DNA from: Bacillota bacterium
GTDB lineage: Bacteria; Bacillota; Clostridia; Christensenellales; SZUA-584
Direction: 5' to 3'
Length of the DNA: 64,000 bases
Assembly: GCA_023436115.1 (NCBI GenBank)
Contig: JAEZKQ010000030.1
Coordinates: 177,910-241,909, forward strand
A model generated the notes under the pieces. That model was not told where the DNA came from. It did not search any database and saw nothing but the letters and a program-made list of their open reading frames with translations. A program made the position numbers and the translations under genes. Shown here piece by piece: positions 27,891 to 36,537 of this stretch (its first letter is position 1; each line of letters starts with the position of its first letter).

Positions 27891-28886
27891 TTATTTTGCG
27901 CCGACTAAATCAAGAGCAAATGATGTATCGACCACGCTTTCAAAATCCACGGTATTCTCCAATATTCCGGCCTGTGTCATAATATCCTGCAGCCGATTAA
28001 ATGCTTCTTCTTTCATGACAGGCGTATCCATCCATGCATCAATCTTTTTGTAAGATTGCGCAACAAGAATGAGAGAATCAACACTTGTATCTGGGAAAAA
28101 CTCCACAATCGCTTCAGCAATCTCACGATCGGAAGCCTTTTGTATCCATTGCTGCCCTTTATAAATGGCTTTCAAAAAGCGTTTGATTATGTCGGGATTC
28201 TTCTCGATATAACTCTTTTTTGCCATAAAAGCTGTGTAGGGAACCTCTCCGCTTTCCTCACCGACTGCGCTTAGAATGTAGCCTTTGCCTTCTTTTTCAA
28301 ATGTAGAGGCTACGGGTTCAAATAAGGTGACATAATCGCCCGTTCCGCCTTCAAAGGCACCGCCCATAAGATTGAACTGAATGTTGGTGATAACCTCAAC
28401 ATCCTCACCGGGCTCTAAGCCATTCTGTCTCAGCACGTACTCTAATGTCATTTCGGGAACGCCGCCTTCCCTTCCGCCAATGATTGTTTTTCCTTTTACA
28501 TCGCTCCATTGGAAATCATCATCAGGTACTCTGCCCACTAAAAACGAGCCGTCACGTTTGGTAAGCTGTCCAAAAACAAGGGCACTGTCTTCTTTTCCTT
28601 CGTTGAACACATAAATGGCAGCTTCAGGCCCCATTAAGCCAATATCCGCCTGACCTGATAAGAGTGCTGTCATAGACTTATCTGCGCCGCCTCCGTTCAC
28701 AAGCTCAATTTGAAGCCCCTCTTCCTCAAAATACCCCAGAGAAATCGCAGCATACAGCGGCGCGTAGAATACCGAGTGCGTCACTTCATTGAGCACGATT
28801 TTATCGGCCGATTTTTGTTCACATCCAACGATAGCGAAAACCAACAGTAAACATAGTACTGCTATGATCAGTCGTTTTAACACCAA
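27891..28886 (-). CDS. ABC transporter substrate-binding lipoprotein, NMT1/THI5-like
   Basis: 331 aa; lipobox IVGC. TTG/GTG start at 28886/28883 after AAGGAGGGG. Confidence 0.75.
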   Translation of the reverse strand: MVLKRLIIAVLCLLLVFAIVGCEQKSADKIVLNEVTHSVFYAPLYAAISLGYFEEEGLQIELVNGGGADKSMTALLSGQADIGLMGPEAAIYVFNEGKEDSALVFGQLTKRDGSFLVGRVPDDDFQWSDVKGKTIIGGREGGVPEMTLEYVLRQNGLEPGEDVEVITNIQFNLMGGAFEGGTGDYVTLFEPVASTFEKEGKGYILSAVGEESGEVPYTAFMAKKSYIEKNPDIIKRFLKAIYKGQQWIQKASDREIAEAIVEFFPDTSVDSLILVAQSYKKIDAWMDTPVMKEEAFNRLQDIMTQAGILENTVDFESVVDTSFALDLVGAK

Positions 28887-29283
28887 AGTCTCCCCTCCTT
28901 CATAATAATTTTGCTATTTCATCTTATTCAGCCGCTAAAAGAACGTGCAAAATTGAGGTTTGGCAAGAATCACCTAGTTCAACAATAAAAGAAGAAAACT
29001 CGTAATGACATATTCATTTTTTCTTTAATGCGCTTATGAGCTTTGACACATATCAGTGAAACAACTGATGTCAACACTCCAGACAGCTTATATTTTAGGG
29101 TTGTCATAACAACTTTGATACGACCTTGATTTGCCTTCAGGGATATTCAAAAATCGGCTTTTGTTTTAAAAGTATATTAAATAGTTCCCTTTTATCATGG
29201 TTTATTATTTCCATTATACTTCACATCATATGAGAGTTTGAATATTTCAATTTGAACGAAATCAAAATAACAACGAAAGGAAG

Positions 29284-30042
29284 GTGTGGATGATGGGTAA
29301 TAAACTTGTAGAAGGCTTATCGCTGTTAACCAGAAAAACTGAAAAAATCTGTGATGATATTTTCATGCTGGATTTCAGGGTTGTAAATGCTTTTATGATT
29401 CGTTTACATAACGGATATTGGCTGCTGATTGATACCGGACTGGAAAACTCGGAGCATTTTATTAAAGAAGCGGCAGAAGTAAACTTTGGAGAGAATCCAC
29501 CCGATGCTATCTTACTCACGCACGGCCACTTTGACCATGTCGGCTCTCTTAAAGCGCTGACACGTTATTGGAACGTTTCTGCTTATATTCACCCTGAAGA
29601 GTTGGCCTTTATCACGGGACAAAAAGATTACCCCGTTCCTGACGACAATGCCAGCGATGGTTTTGTTGCAAAAATGTCAGAGAGCTTTCCACACAGTAGT
29701 ATTGATATCGGCCATTTTGCTGCAGTGTTGCCTGAGAACGGCGTTGTGCCCTTTGCTGGCGAATGGAAATGGATATTTACACCCGGACATTCGCCGGGTC
29801 ACGTGTCGTTCTTCAGAGAATCCGACAGGATTCTCGTTTCGGGAGATGCGATCTCAACCGTTAAACAGGAGTCGCTGTGGTCTGTATTAACTCAAAATGA
29901 AGATATAACAGGCCCGCCCTCATATTTAACGGAAGACTTTGATTTGGCAAAAGCCTCAATTGACCGACTGACAGCGCTTAAACCATCTCTAGTTTTGCCA
30001 AGCCACGGACGCCCTGTTGATGGGGATAAGCTAAAAGATTAA
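29284..30042 (+). CDS. MBL-fold metallo-hydrolase
   Basis: 252 aa; THGHFDH motif, later TPGHSPGH and SHG. Confidence 0.8.
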   Translation: MWMMGNKLVEGLSLLTRKTEKICDDIFMLDFRVVNAFMIRLHNGYWLLIDTGLENSEHFIKEAAEVNFGENPPDAILLTHGHFDHVGSLKALTRYWNVSAYIHPEELAFITGQKDYPVPDDNASDGFVAKMSESFPHSSIDIGHFAAVLPENGVVPFAGEWKWIFTPGHSPGHVSFFRESDRILVSGDAISTVKQESLWSVLTQNEDITGPPSYLTEDFDLAKASIDRLTALKPSLVLPSHGRPVDGDKLKD

Positions 30043-30209
30043 GGTTAACTTGAATCGTGTTATTGATGGGTTGAAAAAAATGGGTAGGCAGTGACTCTCA
30101 AAATATATCGACATTGATTACAGCGCCCGTTACTTAAATGTCATACATAAAGGCGATAATTTCAACGGTCTTAGCATTATGTTTTAATAAATATCTGTGT
30201 AGTCTGCTA

Positions 30210-30238
30210 TTGACAATACAGACAATATCCCATAGAAT
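30210..30238 (+). promoter_or_regulatory. Sigma-A type promoter of the Rrf2/Cys-Met operon
   Basis: TTGACA (30210-30215), 17-nt spacer, TAGAAT (30233-30238), about 38 nt upstream of the Rrf2 ATG. Confidence 0.5.
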
Positions 30239-30275
30239 GAATTCATATAAATATAGTATGAATTGAGTTTAGAAG

Positions 30276-30719
30276 ATGAGAATATCCGTCAAGGGTCGCT
30301 ATGCGTTGGCTGCAACGATTTACATGGCACAGGAATATGGAAACGGCGAGTGCATAACAGCCACTCATATCTCCAAAAAACTCGGCATATCAAAAATATA
30401 TCTTGAGCAAGTATTATCTTTGTTAAAGCGCGGAGATATTGTCTCCTCGGTTAAAGGTGCGCAAGGCGGATATATGCTCACTCGACCGCCCCGGGACATC
30501 AGTGTTTATCATGTGCTTTTCGCCGTAGAAAGTTCAATGTTTGAAAATACGGAAGACACCGTCACACAAAAAGCACCGCAGATCGATACCGCGATGCGTT
30601 CACTTGTGTTTACTGCAGTGGATAGCGCTGTCAAATCATCGTTGGAGCAAGTCTCGCTGAATCACCTTTTGCATGAGGCTGAAAAACACAATAATGAATA
30701 CCTGATGTATTACATATAA
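30276..30719 (+). CDS. Rrf2 family transcriptional regulator (CymR/IscR-like)
   Basis: 147 aa; MRISVKGRYALAATIYMA..., winged HTH. Confidence 0.85.
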   Translation: MRISVKGRYALAATIYMAQEYGNGECITATHISKKLGISKIYLEQVLSLLKRGDIVSSVKGAQGGYMLTRPPRDISVYHVLFAVESSMFENTEDTVTQKAPQIDTAMRSLVFTAVDSAVKSSLEQVSLNHLLHEAEKHNNEYLMYYI

Positions 30720-30730
30720 GGAGTTATAGA

Positions 30731-31867
30731 ATGGATTTTGAAACGCTTTGTATCCACGGCAGCAGCAAGAAATACGACTCGACAGGGGCGCTAAGTGTAC
30801 CTATATTTCAATCCGCGACATTTTCGCATCCCGGCATCGGTGAAAGCACCGGATTTGATTACTCGCGTCTGCAAAACCCGACGCGCGAACATCTAGAAAT
30901 CACGATGGCGGCGCTCGAAAATGGCAAGGACGCGTTGGCTTTCTCCACTGGTATGGCGGCTATCTCGGCGCTTATAGAGCTTTTTGCGCCGGGTGACCAT
31001 ATAATTGCCTCAGATGACCTATATGGCGGCTCTCACCGTTTGTTTCACCATATTTCAATGAAAAACGGGCTTTTATTCGATTTTGTCAACACGTCCGACC
31101 TATCGCAAATCGAAGATAGTATCACGGCGCGAACCAAAGCGCTGTTTATTGAAACACCGACCAACCCCATGATGCAGGTGACAGATATCGCTGCGGCTGC
31201 CGCCATCTCAAAGCGCTATAATCTGCTTTTGATTGTAGACAATACATTCCTCACACCATATTTTCAGCGGCCGCTTGAAATGGGTGCAGATATTGTTGTG
31301 CACAGCGGCACAAAATATCTGGGCGGCCATAACGATACGCTGGCCGGATTTCTTGTGGTATCAGATGCTGCCCTTTCTGAAAAGCTGCGTTTTATCTATA
31401 AGACGACGGGCGCTTGCCTCTCCCCTTTTGACAGCTGGCTAATAATTCGCGGCCTGAAGACGCTGGCTGTGCGCATGGAAAGGCAACAGGAAAGCGCCAT
31501 GAAAATTGCGCAATGGCTTGGTCATCAGCCGCGTGTAAAAGCTGTTCATTATTCCGGCCTTCCCTCTCACTGTGGTTATGCCGTATCGAAAAAGCAGGCT
31601 TCCGGTTTTGGCGCTATGATTTCTTTTGAGGTAGAATGCGCTGAGATCGCCCATAAGATTCTTAAGAAAGTCTCTGTGATTCATTATGCGGAAAGTCTTG
31701 GCGGTGTTGAATCGCTCATCACTTATCCGATGCTGCAAACACATGCCGATATTCCGCTTGAAGAACGCGAAGCCAAAGGCATAGGCGATCGGCTTCTGCG
31801 TCTTTCGGTCGGTTTGGAAAACGTTAACGATTTGATTGCAGATTTGCGTCAGGCAATGGAGGGCTGA
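30731..31867 (+). CDS. PLP-dependent Cys/Met metabolism enzyme (cystathionine gamma-synthase/beta- or gamma-lyase family)
   Basis: 378 aa; HSGTKYLGGHND PLP-lysine motif. Confidence 0.85.
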   Translation: MDFETLCIHGSSKKYDSTGALSVPIFQSATFSHPGIGESTGFDYSRLQNPTREHLEITMAALENGKDALAFSTGMAAISALIELFAPGDHIIASDDLYGGSHRLFHHISMKNGLLFDFVNTSDLSQIEDSITARTKALFIETPTNPMMQVTDIAAAAAISKRYNLLLIVDNTFLTPYFQRPLEMGADIVVHSGTKYLGGHNDTLAGFLVVSDAALSEKLRFIYKTTGACLSPFDSWLIIRGLKTLAVRMERQQESAMKIAQWLGHQPRVKAVHYSGLPSHCGYAVSKKQASGFGAMISFEVECAEIAHKILKKVSVIHYAESLGGVESLITYPMLQTHADIPLEEREAKGIGDRLLRLSVGLENVNDLIADLRQAMEG

Positions 31868-31868
31868 A

Positions 31869-33047
31869 ATGGCACACGATTTTGACGAAATTATTGAACG
31901 CAAAGACACCGATTCGCTGAAATATGACTTTGCGCTGCGGCGCGGGAAGCCGGACGGCCTTCTTCCTCTCTGGGTGGCAGATATGGACTTTCGCACGCCT
32001 TTGTGTGTCGTTGAGGCTTTGGTAGAAAAAAGTCGGCACGGAATATTCGGCTACAGCGAAGGTCGGGATGATTATTTTAAGGTTTTACACGGTTGGTTTA
32101 GCCGCCGGTTCGGCTGGCCTATCCATTCAGACTGGCTTATCAAAACGCCCGGTGTGGTATATGCGATTTGTGCCGCCATTCGTGCGCTCACTCAAGAAGG
32201 AGAAGCCATACTCATCCAGCAACCGGTTTATTATCCTTTCGCAGGATCCATACAAGCGAACCGCCGTACCCTCGTCGTGAATCAGCTTGTGTATGACGGC
32301 AGTAATTATTTAATTGATTTTGAGGATTTTGAGCAGAAAATTGTGCAGCACCACGTCAAACTGTTTATATTATGCAGCCCGCATAATCCCGTCGGGCGCG
32401 TTTGGACACGCGATGAGCTTACCCAAATGGGCGATATCTGCGTTAAACACGGCGTGGTTGTGATATCCGACGAGATACATGCAGACTTTATCTATCCGGG
32501 CCATGAGCATACGATATTTGCGGCCATGAAGCCGGAGTTTGCCGATAACGCCATCACCTGCACTGCCCCCACAAAAACGTTCAACCTGGCGGGATTGCAG
32601 ATTTCCAATATTATTATATCCAACCGGAGCATACGCAATCGAATACGGCAAGAGATTAACCGCTCCGGCTATAGTCAACCGAACGTTATGGGGCTTGTAG
32701 CATGCAAGGCCGCATATGAAAAGGGTGAGGACTGGCTGGAAGATGTCAAGGTATACCTTGCGGAGAATCTTGCTTATCTTCGCGATTTTTTGCAGACGCG
32801 GATACCCGGGATAAAGCTTGTGGAGCCGCAAGGGACTTATCTTGTCTGGCTGGACTGTACAGCGCTGAATCTTGACGATAAGGCACTGGATGAGTTCATC
32901 GTTCACCGCGCGAAGCTTTGGCTCGACGCCGGTACGATGTTCGGGCAAGGAGGCAGCGGTTTTCAGCGTATCAACATTGCCTGTCCGCGGCCATTGCTGA
33001 AGAAAGCGCTGGAACAGTTGGAACAGGCCTTAAAAACAACAAACTAA
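31869..33047 (+). CDS. MalY/PatB-type cystathionine beta-lyase (class I/II aminotransferase fold)
   Basis: The ORF-track start 31836 overlaps the preceding gene. ATG 31869 (MAHDFDEIIERKDTDSLKYD) follows its TGA by 1 nt. Confidence 0.8.
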   Translation: MAHDFDEIIERKDTDSLKYDFALRRGKPDGLLPLWVADMDFRTPLCVVEALVEKSRHGIFGYSEGRDDYFKVLHGWFSRRFGWPIHSDWLIKTPGVVYAICAAIRALTQEGEAILIQQPVYYPFAGSIQANRRTLVVNQLVYDGSNYLIDFEDFEQKIVQHHVKLFILCSPHNPVGRVWTRDELTQMGDICVKHGVVVISDEIHADFIYPGHEHTIFAAMKPEFADNAITCTAPTKTFNLAGLQISNIIISNRSIRNRIRQEINRSGYSQPNVMGLVACKAAYEKGEDWLEDVKVYLAENLAYLRDFLQTRIPGIKLVEPQGTYLVWLDCTALNLDDKALDEFIVHRAKLWLDAGTMFGQGGSGFQRINIACPRPLLKKALEQLEQALKTTN

Positions 33048-33049
33048 AG

Positions 33050-33910
33050 CTATATATCGCCATCGTATTCTGTATTTGCCAGGCTTTGCGCATACTGCTG
33101 TGCAAAGCTTTGCTTTTTGCCCCTAAAATGGCTGCCGATCACGGTATCCAGATTTATATCGTGTATGCTGTTAAATATGTTGTTGTCGATGCTGGGGTTC
33201 GTCTGGCGCAGCTTTCGTATAAGCTGCTTAATCTCCTGCCTCTTCGAGCCCATTCCGCCGTCGTCAAGCACGCAGTTTTCCGTCAGTCGGCAAGCGCACT
33301 GTATGAACTGTAGATCGTTATACTTTTTCCATGCGATAATATCCTTCTCCTTCACACGGTACATAGGACGAATAAGCTCCATCCCCTCCCAATTCATACT
33401 GCGCAGCTTAGGCATCATCGTTCTGAACTCTCCGTTGTAGAACATGCTCATCAGCACCGTTTCGATGACATCGTCTAAGTGATGGCCGAGCGCGATCTTG
33501 TTGCACCCCAGCTCCTTTGCCTGCTTGTATAGATACCCGCGCCGCATGCGCGCGCAGATATAGCATGGATACTTATCCAGCTTTGCCACGTAATCGAATA
33601 TAGGTGCCGAAAAGATTTGTATGGGCAGGTTCAAAAATTCAGCGTTTTCCTCGATCACCCGCCTGTTTAGTTCGTTGTAGCCCGGATCCATCACGAGATA
33701 GACGACATCGAACGGAAACTTGCTGTAACGTGCAAGCTGTTGCATACACTTGGCCATCAGCATTGAATCTTTGCCGCCCGACATGCAAACAGCAATTCTA
33801 TCGCCTTCTTTAATCAGCTCATACGCGTCTATCGCCGATATAAACTTCTTCCATATATCGTGTCTGTATTTTTTTATAATGCTTCGTTCCACCTGAAGGC
33901 AGTCGATCAT
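33050..33910 (-). CDS. PP-loop ATPase, TtcA-like tRNA thiolation enzyme
   Basis: 286 aa; CMSGGKDS PP-loop, and Cys pairs CYIC and CAC for an Fe-S cluster. Confidence 0.7.
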   Translation of the reverse strand: MIDCLQVERSIIKKYRHDIWKKFISAIDAYELIKEGDRIAVCMSGGKDSMLMAKCMQQLARYSKFPFDVVYLVMDPGYNELNRRVIEENAEFLNLPIQIFSAPIFDYVAKLDKYPCYICARMRRGYLYKQAKELGCNKIALGHHLDDVIETVLMSMFYNGEFRTMMPKLRSMNWEGMELIRPMYRVKEKDIIAWKKYNDLQFIQCACRLTENCVLDDGGMGSKRQEIKQLIRKLRQTNPSIDNNIFNSIHDINLDTVIGSHFRGKKQSFAQQYAQSLANTEYDGDI

Positions 33911-35034
33911 AGGTTACCTCTGTTCATTGAGAGAATTTCTTTAAGACATTCGGAAAATGCGTCGATATCAGTCGCTGTTGTCAAGTGACTCAGGCTGATA
34001 CGCAAGGTGGAAAGCGCCGCTTTTTTGTCATGAGTCAGCGCATACACAGGCCGCGAAACTGTTCCAGGTGCGCAGCAAGCCGATTTCGTTGCGACAAATA
34101 TATCCTGCTCTGCAAGGCCAGCCTGTACCGATTCCGACCGTATACCCGAAAGGCTGATGTTCACGATATGCGGCAACGAAGCCGCCGTGCTGTTGATACG
34201 AATACCGGATATACCGCTTAGTGCAGATATTAACTGATGATTTAAGGTTGAAACATACTTGTGCCGTATCTCAAGCTCCGCCAGAGCTAACTCAAGCGCT
34301 TTTTCCGTTGCCGCTGCCATCGCGAGTGCGGGTGTGCCGCTGCGCCACGGTGTTGTGCTGACGCCGCCATGCATCTGCGGTTCCAACATCACGTTTTCCT
34401 TACGTATCAGTATGCCGCTGCCGCAAAGACCATAAAACTTATGCGGCGCGAAAGACGCAAGGTCAACACCATCAAAGTTAACGGGAATCTTCCCCATCGC
34501 CTGTGTCGCGTCCGTATGAAAAAAGCAATGCGGGCGGTCTGCAAGCAAGCCTGCAATCTCGCCCACAGGCTGCTCAAGACCGATCTCGCTGTCTGCCCAG
34601 CACACGCAAACCAATATGGTATCCGTACGCAGCAGCGATTTTAAATGGTCTAAGTCTACCCTACCGTCGGGCAAAAGCTCTAAATCGTCGATTTCAAAAC
34701 CCTGCTGCTTAAGATAAGCAAGCGGGCCGTTCACTGAGGAATGCTCCAGAGGCGTGGAAATGATATGTCTGCCGTACTTTTTATATTTCTCAGTCACACC
34801 CTTTATGGCAAGGTTGTTAGACTCGGTTGCGCCGGATGTGAAAATAATCTCCTCAGCTTTTACGTGCAAAAGGGATGCGATGTGCTGCAATGCTTCATCC
34901 ATCCGTGCTTTTGCCGTCTGCCCCGGGAGATATGGAGAATTCGGGTTCGCTATGTATTGGCGCGATACCTGCACGTAGGTTTCCAATACCGCTTCGTCAG
35001 CAGGCGTATGCGCTGCGTAATCCAGATAAATCAA
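33907..35034 (-). CDS. Cysteine desulfurase (NifS/IscS class V aminotransferase)
   Basis: 375 aa; SGATESNN, HKFYG PLP-lysine, and a SACC active-site Cys loop. It overlaps the TtcA-like gene by 4 nt. Confidence 0.85.
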   Translation of the reverse strand: MIYLDYAAHTPADEAVLETYVQVSRQYIANPNSPYLPGQTAKARMDEALQHIASLLHVKAEEIIFTSGATESNNLAIKGVTEKYKKYGRHIISTPLEHSSVNGPLAYLKQQGFEIDDLELLPDGRVDLDHLKSLLRTDTILVCVCWADSEIGLEQPVGEIAGLLADRPHCFFHTDATQAMGKIPVNFDGVDLASFAPHKFYGLCGSGILIRKENVMLEPQMHGGVSTTPWRSGTPALAMAAATEKALELALAELEIRHKYVSTLNHQLISALSGISGIRINSTAASLPHIVNISLSGIRSESVQAGLAEQDIFVATKSACCAPGTVSRPVYALTHDKKAALSTLRISLSHLTTATDIDAFSECLKEILSMNRGNL

Positions 35035-35102
35035 TAGTATATTCCCTTGAAAAGATATCTATATATTCTTTATTGTATCACTTTAGCTCTTAATCGTCAC
35101 CG

Positions 35103-35699
35103 TTATGATGCGGCTGTGACATCTCCCTTAAGCCCTATTTCTTCAGCCACGGTACGCATGCCGGCAATGGTTTGAGCGATGAGTTCTTCCAACGCTATGC
35201 CAAGCATCGCAGCACCATCTGTTATCACCTCGCGGTTGACATTCGCCGCAAAGCCCTTTTGCTTCCATTTTTTCTTAACGGAGCTGACCTCTAAATCCAA
35301 TATGCTTTTACCGGGCCGCATCAGCGCTGTGGCCGCGATCAATCCTGTAAGTTCATCCGCCGCGTACAGCACTTTTTCCATAATATGAACCGGCTGTACG
35401 TCGCTGACCAGCTTATAGCCATGGCTCTCGACAGCGCGTATGTATTCTTCGGGGAAGCCCTCCGGCTCAAGCAGTTCCCTCACCTTTTGGCAATGCTGCT
35501 CCGGGTATTTTTCAAAATCGATATCATGGAGCAGCCCGATGACCGCCCATTTTTCAATATTGGCTTCGTCGTAAACTTTAGCAAAATGCCGCATGACGGC
35601 CTCCACTGTTAAAGCGTGCCTAATAAGGCTCTCCTGCTTGATGTGCTTATTTAAAACCTCCCAAGCAAACCCTCTGTCCGGCTGGAATGCCATACTCAT
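35103..35699 (-). CDS. HD domain-containing phosphohydrolase
   Basis: 198 aa; H...HD (LLHDIDFEKY) motif. Confidence 0.7.
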   Translation of the reverse strand: MSMAFQPDRGFAWEVLNKHIKQESLIRHALTVEAVMRHFAKVYDEANIEKWAVIGLLHDIDFEKYPEQHCQKVRELLEPEGFPEEYIRAVESHGYKLVSDVQPVHIMEKVLYAADELTGLIAATALMRPGKSILDLEVSSVKKKWKQKGFAANVNREVITDGAAMLGIALEELIAQTIAGMRTVAEEIGLKGDVTAAS

Positions 35700-35844
35700 T
35701 TCCTCGTTTCATAATACAGATGCATATAATCCATATATTCTTACTGCGTTTTTCGCCGATATGATAACATGATACAGCCAGCAGTGCAAGACAAGCGTCT
35801 TAAAATTGACATTATGCCCACCTACAATGCCTTATTTATAAGCG

Positions 35845-35869
35845 ACGTTATTTATTATATAAATAACGT
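35845..35869. promoter_or_regulatory. Perfect 25-bp palindrome (11+3+11), candidate operator
   Basis: ACGTTATTTAT TAT ATAAATAACGT in the 838-bp spacer between the HD gene and the GGDEF gene. Confidence 0.4.
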
Positions 35870-36066
35870 AAAGTGATTATCATTAAAAATCTTTATATAT
35901 GTATGGCCTGTAAATTGCAGTAAAGATTTGACCGATAAAATAACACCTTATCGACCGGGGATATGACAATTAGGCAGATGTAACCCCATTCATAAAGCAA
36001 CTGATATAACAGTTGGCTAACAAAAGAATGCGAGCAAATTTCTAAGACTTTCGTCTTTTTTTCTAT

Positions 36067-36210
36067 TTATTTTGAATGCGGTCCAAGCGACACCTTATGA
36101 CTGTCCTTCTTATTGACCTTAACAGTAGAATCAATCATATCTTTAGGATCAGGCAAAATGACCGGATTGGCTATAATGTTTGGATTTATTATCCGTTTCT
36201 TCTTTGTCAT
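36067..36210 (-). CDS. Small hypothetical protein (47 aa), below the ORF-track cutoff
   Basis: aAGAGGTGataacaaATG; MTKKKRIINPNIIANPVILPDPKDMIDSTVKVNKKDSHKVSLGPHSK. Confidence 0.4.
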   Translation of the reverse strand: MTKKKRIINPNIIANPVILPDPKDMIDSTVKVNKKDSHKVSLGPHSK

Positions 36211-36537
36211 TTGTTATCACCTCTTAAAGCTATTATTTCACTCGCTGTTTAAAATATTATAGCACCTCAATTTTATCTCCCCATTTGGGAGGTTCGCAGT
36301 ATGCATAAGAATGTTTTGTATCGGAATATCTTCTAATTGCTCGGTGTATATTGGCATTTGCCATTCGCCATTTGAACAGCTTATCCATATATCGAATTCC
36401 CTGAATCTTTGTATCATTCATATCTGTCGCGACACAGCAAAAGCATCGAACAAGATTTTAAATATAAGAAAATTTATGTTTTAATATAGGTATTTATGTT
36501 TAATATTTATATATAATACAAGAGGATAAATAACCAC

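Noticed and set aside
28887-29283. Possible TPP or other riboswitch in the ~370-nt leader of the NMT1/THI5-like binding-protein gene
   Set aside because: I looked on the minus strand for the thi-box (CUGAGA ... ACCUGAUCUGGAUAAUGCCAGCG-like) and for guanidine/ykkC-type motifs and found none. Only an imperfect TGACA.ATCAGT/ACTGAT.TGTCA dyad is present. An Rfam scan would be needed to say more.
31836-31868. N-terminal extension of the PatB/MalY-like ORF
   Set aside because: The extension overlaps the end of the preceding gene. ATG 31869, directly after that gene's stop, gives the canonical MAHDFDE start.
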